A stretch of DNA of 64,000 bases, from assembly GCA_963783885.1 (NCBI GenBank), contig CAWAPJ010000019.1, positions 1 through 64,000 on the forward strand, read 5' to 3'. Every line of letters starts with the position of its first letter. Position 1 is the stretch's first letter. This stretch comes from Waddliaceae bacterium (GTDB lineage Bacteria; Chlamydiota; Chlamydiia; Chlamydiales; SLFE01). The position numbers and the translations under genes are program-made. This document shows positions 1 through 8,677 of the stretch, piece by piece. Below the pieces are notes generated by a model that saw nothing but the letters and a program-made list of their open reading frames with translations, was not told where the DNA came from and made no database searches.

Positions 1-2
1 AG

Positions 3-356
3 ATTTCAGGCTTGTTCTCTTTTCAAGCTCCTAACGAATTTTCATCATTTACAAACTTCGGTAAACAAAATAAAGTATTAAGGAAAAGATTTAGTCCTGA
101 TGAATTTGCAGATGGGGGGCATAGTGTATTCAGAAAAAATCAAATAACTGGTAAGACAGAAAAATATCAAACATATTGGCCCCAATCGAATCCAAGAAAT
201 CCAAATCCTTGGGAGGTAGGAGTACGGTTTGATGGTCCAAGTCATTATCACGAACATTTTAATAAAGTCACCAGAGAAGCGATAATGACTCCTCATATCC
301 ATGATCCTCATACTCCAGGGGGAATCAGATATCCATATAATTGGGAGATTCCTTAA
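3..356 (+). CDS. C-terminal tip of a polymorphic toxin (Ntox24-like nuclease domain), 5'-partial
   Basis: Frame is open from the window edge. His-rich motif RFDGPSHYH...TPHIHDP. Stop abuts the ATG of an immunity gene. Confidence 0.55.
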   Translation: MSGLFSFQAPNEFSSFTNFGKQNKVLRKRFSPDEFADGGHSVFRKNQITGKTEKYQTYWPQSNPRNPNPWEVGVRFDGPSHYHEHFNKVTREAIMTPHIHDPHTPGGIRYPYNWEIP

Positions 357-662
357 ATGTTAGATGATAAAGATTTAATTTTATGGTTACAAAATTGGTA
401 TTATGCCAATTGCGATGGAGACTGGGAACATGATCAAAACATTCTGATTACAACTATAGACAATCCTGGCTGGTCAATAGCAATTAAATTAGAAGGTACA
501 ATTTTAGATAATCATGGATTTTTTGAAAAATTTATAGATAGAACTGACACGGATTGGATTTATTGTAGTATCAAAGATAACCTTTTTAAAGGTTATTGTG
601 GCCCTTTAAATATGCTGGAATTGATTCAAGTATTTAAAGGATTGGTTGAGAAGGCAAAGTAA
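357..662 (+). CDS. Immunity protein, Imm53 family
   Basis: Motif LQNWYYANCDGDWEH...TIDNPGW; directly follows the toxin tip. Confidence 0.8.
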   Translation: MLDDKDLILWLQNWYYANCDGDWEHDQNILITTIDNPGWSIAIKLEGTILDNHGFFEKFIDRTDTDWIYCSIKDNLFKGYCGPLNMLELIQVFKGLVEKAK

Positions 663-710
663 AAGGACGAGTTAAAGATGAAAACAGGGCCGTGAAGGGG
701 CCGTGCCGTG

Positions 711-1208
711 GTGTGACACGAACCTCATAAGCTTTAGCTCGTGAGGGAGCTGTATGGAAGATAGGGGAAGACCCCCTGATTCGGCTTTCAGGAGCAGAAT
801 CAAACCACCTTAAGCTGCGAAGGCAAATTGCCGCACATGGTGAGCGTTAAGGAAAAGGAGTGGAAATGACCATTTCAGGTGCATGTTAAGGAGATGAACG
901 AAAGTGAACCACCGTCTGAAAATGTCGTAAGGCCCTTAGAAGTCGTCAAAACTGGAAGCATCACGGCAGCATCCAGGACTAAAGCTCAAGGGAAACCTGA
1001 GTACTGCTTGAGCGGCGGCCGGCATAGAGGTGGCATGAACTTAACATAGGCTTTCATATGGAACGTGTGAACTCGTCGTCGCAATGATAAGAGAGAAGCT
1101 CAAAGTGGAAGACCCATAAGAGCGAGAGTATCGATGTGCGGCACGGGGGCGGAACGACTCGTAGTAGTGATGAAGTTTCTGTAATGGAGATGGAGCGAAG
1201 GGGTCGTA
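711..1208 (+). ncRNA. Group II intron 5' fragment (domains I-III), no RT ORF and no D5/D6
   Basis: Starts GTGTGACACG. Ends with a domain III-like sequence GGGGCGGAACGACTCGTAGTAGTGATGAAG...GTAATGGAGATGGAGCGAAGGGGTCGT typical of bacterial class D-like introns. Confidence 0.75.
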
Positions 1209-1491
1209 AAGGGGGCCGATCCCTGCATTGTGAATCACTCATTTCTTGTAGTTCTTTTAAAGCTTTTTCCTGATTAATTTCATTGCCTTCCACAGCACGT
1301 CGAATTTCAAGAGGCATCCAGAAATCATACCAATTCTCAATGAGTTCTTGATCTTTTATCTCAGAAGCATACAATGCTCCTGCTAGTTGACCAACCAAGT
1401 TATAAAAATCTTTTGTATCTTCATCAATATACTGTTGTATTGAATCGATCATACTTTGCCAAAGGCGTTTTTGATGATCAGTCATTTTCAT
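1054..1491 (-). CDS. Probable orphan immunity protein; real coding part about 1230-1491, tail runs antisense into the intron fragment
   Basis: Small acidic helical protein. Its ATG lies 2 nt after the stop of a toxin-like fragment. Confidence 0.45.
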   Translation of the reverse strand: MKMTDHQKRLWQSMIDSIQQYIDEDTKDFYNLVGQLAGALYASEIKDQELIENWYDFWMPLEIRRAVEGNEINQEKALKELQEMSDSQCRDRPPLRPLRSISITETSSLLRVVPPPCRTSILSLLWVFHFELLSYHCDDEFTRSI

Positions 1492-1492
1492 T

Positions 1493-1624
1493 TTACCTTC
1501 CTGTAGTTATAAGGGTTATAACTTTTGATCCTTCTGGAAAGGTTCCAGCCATCGGCGGGCTTGCTATATTTTTGCTTGGCGATCCGCCTGTTTTGCGATT
1601 TGATTTAGATAGACACAGTGAATG
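1493..1624 (-). pseudogene. Start-less toxin C-terminal fragment (HSLCLSKSNRKTGGSPSKNIASPPMAGTFPEGSKVITLITTGR*)
   Basis: Manual translation. Lies between two immunity-like genes, with its stop coupled to the next ATG. Confidence 0.35.
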
Positions 1625-1641
1625 ACCCCTTCACAATCTTC

Positions 1642-1929
1642 TTACTCAGTTAATGTTTTCATATATTCAGCAAAATCTTCCATTGAATGAAAATAATTTT
1701 CAGGACTAACCTTTAAATCTGCAGCTGTAAGGAAGAAAATTGCATTTAATATTATTTTTTTATCCCTATGATTTTCAAAATCCAGCATCATTTCATCATT
1801 TAATCTTTCCAACGATACTGCCCAGTCAGTGATTTCTTCTCTACTTATTTTCCCATTTATCAAATCAGAAATTTTAGCTTTTATCTCTTCAAGATTTATT
1901 TTCAAAATTACCATCTCCCTTGGTAACAA
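1642..1929 (-). CDS. Probable orphan immunity protein
   Basis: About 90 aa acidic protein (ISREEITDWA...ADL...YFH) in a toxin cassette context. Upstream region is cut by the IS at 1941. Confidence 0.45.
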   Translation of the reverse strand: MLPREMVILKINLEEIKAKISDLINGKISREEITDWAVSLERLNDEMMLDFENHRDKKIILNAIFFLTAADLKVSPENYFHSMEDFAEYMKTLTE

Positions 1930-2019
1930 CCATTACAATCGGCCTTGTTCTCTAATCGCGCCGTTTTTAGTCAAACATTTTCTCTTCTCCATAAAGAATT
2001 TTGAAAAAAGTCTCTTTTA

Positions 2020-2200
2020 TCGCCATAACACACTCCCTTGGTTCTCTCCGGGATCTACTTTGGAGAGCGGTTTTCTCTGCTCTCGTCCCAATATATTTTT
2101 CGAAATAAATCAGGCCAGGCTATGTTGCGTGCGGAGTCTAAAGCTCCAAACAAGGCCGCGCCTTGACCTGATTCAAATCGGTATGTGTTTCTGGCTTAAA
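2020..2200 (-). ncRNA. Putative bridge/seek RNA of the IS110 element (ends approximate)
   Basis: Two loop regions. Guides at 2149-2157 and 2123-2130 match the target; guides at 2090-2099 and 2041-2047 match the circle junction. Confidence 0.75.
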
Positions 2201-2311
2201 AATTAACTTCTCTCCACCATTTATTCTGGCTTCAAGCTCTGCTTTCCTCTTTTTTCGGCCTCTCACCCGGACTTGAAGGCCGAAAAAAGAGGAAAGCAGA
2301 GCGGGGTAAAT

Positions 2312-3370
2312 TTAAGCTGCTACCGGTTCCTTTTTTATACTCTCTTCCTTGCTGTCTCCGTACCGGAAGGGTTCGCGTTTCAAAAGCATCGCATGCATGA
2401 TGACAGCCAGCTTCCTGCCGAGGGCAACTGTCGCCTTTTTGAAGCCCTTTTTTCTTTGAAGTTTCAACGCCCATGCCTTAGGTTTACACCAACTTCTAGT
2501 TCGGCTTAGCATCACAACTGCCGACTCCACTAACAACGACCTGGTTTGTCTAGATCCGCACTTTGACACACGACCTAATCTTTGGGTCTCTCCTGAGGAG
2601 TACTGCCTTGGTGTTAGCCCCAAAAATGCAGCGACGTTCTTCGAGTTTTTGAAGCGGGTGTAATCACCAATCGCCACGAGATAGCTCAAGGACGTTAAAA
2701 CCCCGATACCAGGAATTGTCATCAGCAGTTGGACATCGGCGTTGTCTCGAGCTATCGACGAGATCTGTTTCTCGAGGTTGGTTATTTGTTCGGTTAAACA
2801 TTCATATCCCTTTAAAAGTGCTTCGATAGCTGCTTGTACGGAGCTTATTTGATCTTGGATGCACTCCCGAACCAGCTTGATAAACAACAACTTTCCGGTT
2901 GTAGAAACAGTTAGTCCATAAGCTTTTAAAAAACCGCGAATTGCATTTTTTAGCTTTGTGCGCTCTTGAACCAGGGTGCTCCTTGACTGAAGGAGAACGC
3001 CTGTATCGACAAGCTCTTGGTTTTTGACGAACACCTCTTTGTAAAAGCCTCCTCGCATGGCATTAGCTATTCCCCGCGCATCATTGGTATCTGTCTTGTT
3101 GATGTTCATGGACAGAATCGAGGACATATGTCTTGCATCCACGCATAGGACTGGGAGGCCGAGCTTTCTTAGCTCAGTAACCAACCAGTGGCTTAGGGAG
3201 CCTGTTTCAATCCCAATCTTATCGAGCTGAACCCCGGTTTTCAAAAGCTTCCGTTGGATTGATGAGGGGTCTGTTTTGGTATGTCCTTCATACACTACCT
3301 CTCCTTGGTGGTCTACGACACAAATAAAAGTCTCTTTCAAAGATACGTCTAATCCTACATAATGGTTCAT
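2312..3370 (-). CDS. IS110-family DEDD recombinase/transposase, intact
   Basis: YVGLDVS, GIETG and KTDTNDA RuvC motifs; GLTPRQYSSG with the catalytic serine. Confidence 0.95.
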   Translation of the reverse strand: MNHYVGLDVSLKETFICVVDHQGEVVYEGHTKTDPSSIQRKLLKTGVQLDKIGIETGSLSHWLVTELRKLGLPVLCVDARHMSSILSMNINKTDTNDARGIANAMRGGFYKEVFVKNQELVDTGVLLQSRSTLVQERTKLKNAIRGFLKAYGLTVSTTGKLLFIKLVRECIQDQISSVQAAIEALLKGYECLTEQITNLEKQISSIARDNADVQLLMTIPGIGVLTSLSYLVAIGDYTRFKNSKNVAAFLGLTPRQYSSGETQRLGRVSKCGSRQTRSLLVESAVVMLSRTRSWCKPKAWALKLQRKKGFKKATVALGRKLAVIMHAMLLKREPFRYGDSKEESIKKEPVAA

Positions 3371-3559
3371 GGCTGCTTCTCCTTTTTGGTTTTGGCCTTC
3401 GAGGCCGTGTTATTCCAATGGAGAGTTTATATAAACTACTCCGCGGCGTTTTGCCAGAGAAGCAGCCTTTCGTTTAACTAAGCAGCGCGATTACAATATG
3501 TTGCGTAAGTTCTAATTAGAGGAGATTCTTAGCCCTCTTTTCGTCCAATTCCTTTTTTC

Positions 3560-4496
3560 TTAGGCCATATATCCTACTGGCATCCCGGTTGCAGTCATCA
3601 TATTCAAAATAAATCCTTTTAATTGGAGCTCATTGCTCTGGGCATTTTCTGAACGGCTAAACAATGTATCCCCAAAAATGCCCTTAAGTCGGCTCATCGC
3701 CGTCTCCGCAATTGACCTCATATGATAGCCTATAAGCTTTTTCCAAATCTTCCTAGCCAGCGAATCTCCTCCAAGACCATGTATGACTCTGATGGCATCG
3801 TCTCGTTTTTGCATATGCTCTCGCGACTCGGTATCTAAAACCGCATTTTTCCCTCGGCGGTATACAAGGCATGATTCCTAGCTTGTGTACAAGGCGATAG
3901 ACCTCTTCAGTATCATATGCTCCATCCACAGCGATTTTGCGGATGCTTTTTGGAGCTTCCTCGATCAACTCTGGAAATATTTTGCAGTCAGCCTCTTCAA
4001 GTTCTGTCGCTTTACCGACAATGACTTCATTTGTATCAGGGCATACGCCTACATGAAATTTCTTCCATCGCCTTCTCTTAGATTTCCCGTGCATGCGAGT
4101 GTGCCACTCGCCTTCTCCATAGACTTTGAATCCTGTGGAATCGATTACAAGATGCTGGGGGCTGCTACCTGGAGCCAGGTTTGTTGGAAGCGTGAGATTG
4201 CGACCTCTTCTACAAATTCTTGTATAATCAGGAACGGGAAGATCTAGTCGCATGAGGGTAAACAGGGAGCGTAGAAAACCCTCAGTCTGTCGATAGGGTA
4301 GGGTGAATACGATCTTGATTATCATTGCACAGAGGATAGCTTGGTCTGAGTAGGTATTGGGTCTATCTTTTAAAAATTCCGGACGTTTTGCAAGCCAAGA
4401 CTCAATAGCATCCTCGGAGACCCAAATAGTAAGACTTCCTCTTTTTTTCAGGCTTGTGTTATACTTAGACCAGTTACCAACTCGGTAATTTTTCAT
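3560..4496 (-). pseudogene. IS5-family (IS903 group) transposase, one frameshift near 3845
   Basis: NWSKYNTSLKKRGSLTIW, VIDSTGFKVYGEGEW and DGAYDT in one frame; GYHMRSIAETAM in a second frame. Confidence 0.85.
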
Positions 4497-4585
4497 CTTA
4501 GACTCCTTTGGTTGTAGCGACTAAGGAGTCTATTTTATTTTTTATTGATAATCAATGATTTATTCAAAATTTTTTGAAGAGTCTT

Positions 4586-4628
4586 AGAAAATGTTTGACT
4601 AAAAACGGCGCGATTAGAGAACAAGGCC
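4586..4628 (+). repeat. 43-bp perfect inverted copy of 1941-1983 (IS110 right end plus outer half of the IS5 TIR)
   Basis: AGAAAATGTTTGACTAAAAACGGCGCGATTAGAGAACAAGGCC. Confidence 0.9.
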
Positions 4629-4816
4629 CTGAAATTTCATTCTTTCTCAACTCTTTTTCCCCTCCCTAAATGTCTTAATATGCCGTGTCATTTAAGCTCT
4701 CCAATTTTTCTAACCTTTCTAATCTAAACTGTACATTTTTTAAAAGATTTATTACACATAGTTTTTTATCGTAATTCTTGTTAAAATATATAGACACAAT
4801 GCAAAGGAGCTTATTA

Positions 4817-5005
4817 ATGTCATTAACACTTCAAGTTGGTCAACAATACACACTTAACGGGAGTGATATGGCCCAGCAAAAAATTAAATATAATAATTGC
4901 TCAGATCGGCCAGAATATGCCGATTCTTTCTTTACGGTAATTTATTGTCCTGGAACAAAAGACATTGAGACAAAGTGGATAGTCACCCGCCATAGATCTA
5001 GCTAA
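4817..5005 (+). CDS. Small hypothetical protein
   Basis: ATG preceded by AAGGAG; ends 24 nt before the next gene. Confidence 0.4.
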   Translation: MSLTLQVGQQYTLNGSDMAQQKIKYNNCSDRPEYADSFFTVIYCPGTKDIETKWIVTRHRSS

Positions 5006-5029
5006 TTTTAATTTGTAAAAAGTCATCAT

Positions 5030-6403
5030 ATGAACACTTCATTAGAACCCAAGTACAGTCAATTGCACGACTACATCAGTCAGGTTAAAGGATTTTCGTG
5101 TAAAGAGGGTTTGCCCAAAATTACTCAGAAATTAGTAGCTGAAAGGATTGGTATTAATAGTAAAACCCTTTCCCGTTTTCTGAATCTCCATACAAGAAGC
5201 CCTGCCAAGATATTGAAGAATTTTATTAAAAAATACCCGGCTGAATATCGCAAATGGCCTAAAGGGGCAGATAAAATTTACAGATTATTGCAAAAAAATG
5301 ATGTTTTGTATTTTTTATGCCTCAATACTATTATCCCCCCTCTGATTTTAATAGTTCAGAAACCAAAAGCCGATCCGGTTAGGCTTGTGTACCATTCTGA
5401 GACGAAAGCACTGCAATTTACAAGACAGCCAATAGCACCTGTTGTGATTTCCTACAGAGGACATGCGACAGACAAAGACGCGTTTGGGATGCTCTATGAT
5501 CATATGACAATACAGAACTCAACGAGGCATCCTACAATGTCATCAATATCCGCTAACCGTGTTACCGTTGTGGAAAAATTATTTAGAGCTGTTTTAACTC
5601 CGCATAATGCAGCCTTCCCTTTTGGAGGAAAAAATATTCCTCCAACCATAAATAGAAGTTATGATGGAGGACTTCTGGTCATACCCGGAAGGGTGAGAAA
5701 AGTAGAAAATGAGCCGGATAGGCAAGCCCATGAGTATAAAATTATTCGAGACGCCCTCAATCGTGGACAACCGATGATTGGCATCTGTGCTGGTGCATGG
5801 CGAGTTTGGGAGCAATCTTTAATTTGGTCAAGATATCCTGATTTAGTTGCGGCTGATCCGAGCAAACTTTTTCGATTTCATGATCAATTAAATACTCTTG
5901 CTGATGCTAAAGACCACAGCTACTCAAGAATGTTGAATTTGGATAAATCAGGTGCAAAAGTTATCTTTAACGTACAAGTTCATAATATAGAGATTGCTAG
6001 AAACTCCTTATTAGAGAGTGCGATGGTTTCCAAACATTGCAAGCTTCCAAATACACTCACAGTCAATAGCGTTCATTGGAAGGCAGTAAATGAAAGACAA
6101 GCGCCTTTAAATATGAGGATAAGCGCACATTCAATACAAAATCCAAGCATTCTTCGAAAAAACAGACATGGAAATGTTATGGGACCACAAGAGGGTTCAG
6201 CAGAAGCTTTTGAAAACGTCAAAGGAGCCCCTATTATGGGTACCCAGTGGCACCCTGAAGGTTATAATCAAAATGATCCTTCTAAATTGAACAGTCATTT
6301 TCATATTAATTTGCTAAAATATATGACACTCGCCGGAGATGCTTATGCAGCAAAACGAAAATGCTTAAGGGAGTTAAAGAACTTTTTTTCAAGGAAAACA
6401 TGA
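5030..6403 (+). CDS. HTH-fused class I glutamine amidotransferase-like protein (peptidase C26/PuuD-like)
   Basis: N-terminal ITQKLVAERIGINSKTLSRFLN. Catalytic-type motifs PMIGICAG, VNSVHWKAV and GTQWHPE. Confidence 0.7.
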   Translation: MNTSLEPKYSQLHDYISQVKGFSCKEGLPKITQKLVAERIGINSKTLSRFLNLHTRSPAKILKNFIKKYPAEYRKWPKGADKIYRLLQKNDVLYFLCLNTIIPPLILIVQKPKADPVRLVYHSETKALQFTRQPIAPVVISYRGHATDKDAFGMLYDHMTIQNSTRHPTMSSISANRVTVVEKLFRAVLTPHNAAFPFGGKNIPPTINRSYDGGLLVIPGRVRKVENEPDRQAHEYKIIRDALNRGQPMIGICAGAWRVWEQSLIWSRYPDLVAADPSKLFRFHDQLNTLADAKDHSYSRMLNLDKSGAKVIFNVQVHNIEIARNSLLESAMVSKHCKLPNTLTVNSVHWKAVNERQAPLNMRISAHSIQNPSILRKNRHGNVMGPQEGSAEAFENVKGAPIMGTQWHPEGYNQNDPSKLNSHFHINLLKYMTLAGDAYAAKRKCLRELKNFFSRKT

Positions 6404-6720
6404 TGGTCTATTTATCAAGTGCAACAAATTGGTTATATAATCAAGCAACACTTCCTAAAGAGCTTGTCTAAAAAGAGATAGCTTATCAGCTAGAGCCAAT
6501 TCTTAAAACAGCAGCTCATGTCGCTACTATACAGACTCTTATGTATTGTCATCAATCGATTAGCGATGAAGAGTAACGACCCGTTACTTGCCAAACTGTG
6601 CCATCAGTGTGCCATAGTGAATGATGCAGACATTGGAAGCATAGAAACTAATCATTCGGTAGGTTTTGTGGAGAGGGCTTGATAGTAATTAAGTAGATGG
6701 TGATAATAACTGTGCTTTTT

Positions 6721-7110
6721 TTATCCACTACTTTGATTTTTGAATTTTCTGATTTCATCTTGGTGCATAACGACCCAATCTGCGATATCGATAGGTAGGT
6801 AAACCCGTTTTTTTTCTTCTTTTTTGGTACCTGTTGGTCTTCCTGCACCAGGTCTTTTACCGCCTCTTCCTTTAGTTTTTGACTCAACTAATGGGTTTAG
6901 ATTGCCGTTTAGTCTTTGTTTGATGAATTCTTCCAAGTACTTTGGATAATCATAGATAACTTCCTGAGGGGTTTCACCAGAACATTCGATGGGATAATTG
7001 ATATGTGAGAAAATCCATGCTTCAACACTTTCATCGTAGACGGGCGTAATTTGTCCAACTTCATCGAGGGCTATCTTAAGTTGTTCTTTTATTTCTTTCT
7101 TGGTGGCCAT
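6721..7110 (-). CDS. HicB-like antitoxin
   Basis: CSGETPQEVI motif followed by a GRGGKRPGAGRP DNA-binding tail; overlaps an upstream small basic ORF. Confidence 0.55.
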   Translation of the reverse strand: MATKKEIKEQLKIALDEVGQITPVYDESVEAWIFSHINYPIECSGETPQEVIYDYPKYLEEFIKQRLNGNLNPLVESKTKGRGGKRPGAGRPTGTKKEEKKRVYLPIDIADWVVMHQDEIRKFKNQSSG

Positions 7111-7324
7111 TTTAAGCCTCTTTCCTTACAAAGGTTTTCTGTTTTCTTCACGCTATGGGCCACGACCTCGATTTTTGTTCTTTTGCCATGTGCAATTTTG
7201 ATTGCACACAAGAAGTGGCTATTTTCATCATAGAGGTTCCAGTCAATAGAACCCTTTTCAAGAGACCAACCTAGTCTTTTGATGTACTGATATATTCTTT
7301 TTCAGATAGAGGTTTGTAGGGCAT
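7089..7324 (-). pseudogene. HicA-like toxin with a 1-nt frameshift (absent from the ORF track)
   Basis: MPYKPLSEKEY / QYIKRLGWSLEKGSIDWNLY...IKIAHGK...GLKWPPRKK*. Overlaps the start of the HicB-like gene. Confidence 0.45.
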
Positions 7325-7448
7325 AGGTCTGGTTTCTATTCTGTTGATATCTTTATTTTAGATTATTTGGGATAAATAATCAATAGGTCTTTGGCAAGGG
7401 TTACTATAATATGTTATAATATGTTATATTTTTATTTTAGGAGTTGTA

Positions 7449-7949
7449 ATGAACACCGAATATGGTAGCCAGGAACGAGGTGATCTACATGTTTTGGATA
7501 TACTCAATGAGATGCGTCGGGAGAGTCTAGAAAGCGGATTTATTATTGCCTTAATGGAGAATTGTCAGCATTACGAAGGAATTCGTGATCTTATGGAAAT
7601 GTGGATGGAGGAGAGCGATGTTGAAGAAAGGGACAATATTGTAGCTGACTTGCAAGAGGTTCTTGATGATATAAAAAACCTTCCTAATGAACCAACCGAA
7701 AGACCTTATTTACACTATGAAGATCTTGAATCCATAAAACAAGATATCGTCGAGTTCAAAAATCGACTTCGAGAAGAGGTTGACCGTCAAGGGGGAATAA
7801 GCGAACTTGCCAAAAGAACGGGTATTCCTCAGCCTTCTCTCAGTCGATTTTTCAGTTCATCTTCTATGCCAAGACGCACAACCTTATATAAAATTGCTAA
7901 AGCTCTAAATCTTCCTGAATCAGCTGTGGGATTTAAGTGGAGTCAATAA
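7449..7949 (+). CDS. XRE-family HTH regulator
   Basis: C-terminal GISELAKRTGIPQPSLSRF...TLYKIAKAL; good RBS. Confidence 0.8.
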   Translation: MNTEYGSQERGDLHVLDILNEMRRESLESGFIIALMENCQHYEGIRDLMEMWMEESDVEERDNIVADLQEVLDDIKNLPNEPTERPYLHYEDLESIKQDIVEFKNRLREEVDRQGGISELAKRTGIPQPSLSRFFSSSSMPRRTTLYKIAKALNLPESAVGFKWSQ

Positions 7950-7994
7950 TACTTCGTATTGGAATTTTTCTTTTTATGCATCTTATTTCAAGAG

Positions 7995-8036
7995 TGGGGC
8001 AAGCTGGACTTGAACCAGCGACCAACGGGTTATGAG
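7995..8036 (-). repeat. att site: displaced 3' half of tRNA(CAT), distal copy
   Basis: TGGGGCAAGCTGGACTTGAACCAGCGACCAACGGGTTATGAG, homologous to 20973-21014. Confidence 0.85.
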
Positions 8037-8234
8037 GGCGGGGGAATGCCTCATTAGCCATTACCAACCGACTACAATCAGACACAGTATAAGAGAGATA
8101 CGCTTAAATTTCTATTGGTTATTGATGGATGGTGCTGGTGCAGGTGGTGCAGTTTTGCACCATTTTTGCATCGCTCGCACCAAACAAAGACTGAAGAAAC
8201 AGGATAGTCTGCTCCATCAATACTGTCTTCTTAA

Positions 8235-8624
8235 TCATAAGCTCTTTATTGGCTGTGGAGGGTACATGATTTTTGAAATGGCGTTTGCTAGGTCAGATAT
8301 AATAATATCAATTTTTGGAGCTGGATGAGGTCTTTTTTGCTTGGTCCAAAAATAAGGGTTTTCTAATTCATCTATACATATTTTTTCGGCAACTTCACCC
8401 GTAAGGCGGGCCAAGTGCGTAACCAATAATAAGACATTGAGGTAGGCTTGGGACCGATCTATGTTGAAAGGTTTTATGTGCGATAGTAACCCGTCACGAT
8501 TAACCCATTGACGCACGATCCTTTTATGGTCTTCTTTACTCAAAACGCTTCTTCCAAGAAAGTGTAGTTGGCGATTAAGGAGCCGGGGCTTGAATTGTGC
8601 AAAAACAGCTGGGAACAAGGTCAT
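8235..8624 (-). CDS. Hypothetical protein
   Basis: 129 aa ORF downstream of the nuclease gene in the mini-island; no recognised motif. Confidence 0.4.
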   Translation of the reverse strand: MTLFPAVFAQFKPRLLNRQLHFLGRSVLSKEDHKRIVRQWVNRDGLLSHIKPFNIDRSQAYLNVLLLVTHLARLTGEVAEKICIDELENPYFWTKQKRPHPAPKIDIIISDLANAISKIMYPPQPIKSL

Positions 8625-8677
8625 TTAATCCTAATTTTGAGAGATGTTGGAATAAATTTTTACCGTTTTTCATGAGA

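Larger units (their letters stand above)
1950..3500 (-). mobile_element. IS110-family element, IS1111 group
   Basis: Sub-terminal IRs TAATCGCGC (1953-1961) and GCGCGATTA (3485-3493) lie 3 nt and 7 nt from a TT core. TGTT is present at both junctions. Long 3' non-coding region. Confidence 0.9.
1941..4628 (-). mobile_element. IS5-family (IS903 group) element with both terminal repeats interrupted by IS110 sequence
   Basis: Transposase at 3560-4496. Both outer ends read GGCCTTGTT. Removing the IS110 rebuilds GGCCTTGTTGCGTAAGT, an IS903-type end. No target duplication on the flanks. Confidence 0.8.

Noticed and set aside
1932-1939. ATTACAAT identical to the IS110 left end (3490-3497)
   Set aside because: An 8-bp AT-rich match that could be chance; no adjoining IR.
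1941-1983. 43-bp inverted repeat as the native IS5 TIR
   Set aside because: The inner 34 bp carry the IS110 sub-terminal IR, and a normal IS903-type end is rebuilt only by removing the IS110.
2121-3506. TATGTTGCGT at 2121 and 3497 as a 10-bp target duplication of the IS110
   Set aside because: Sub-terminal IRs place the IS end at about 1950. The 2121 copy is better explained as the RNA guide.
6420-6577. Possible integrase C-terminal remnant (…TAAHVATIQTLMYCH…)
   Set aside because: Too short and degenerate to support without a search.
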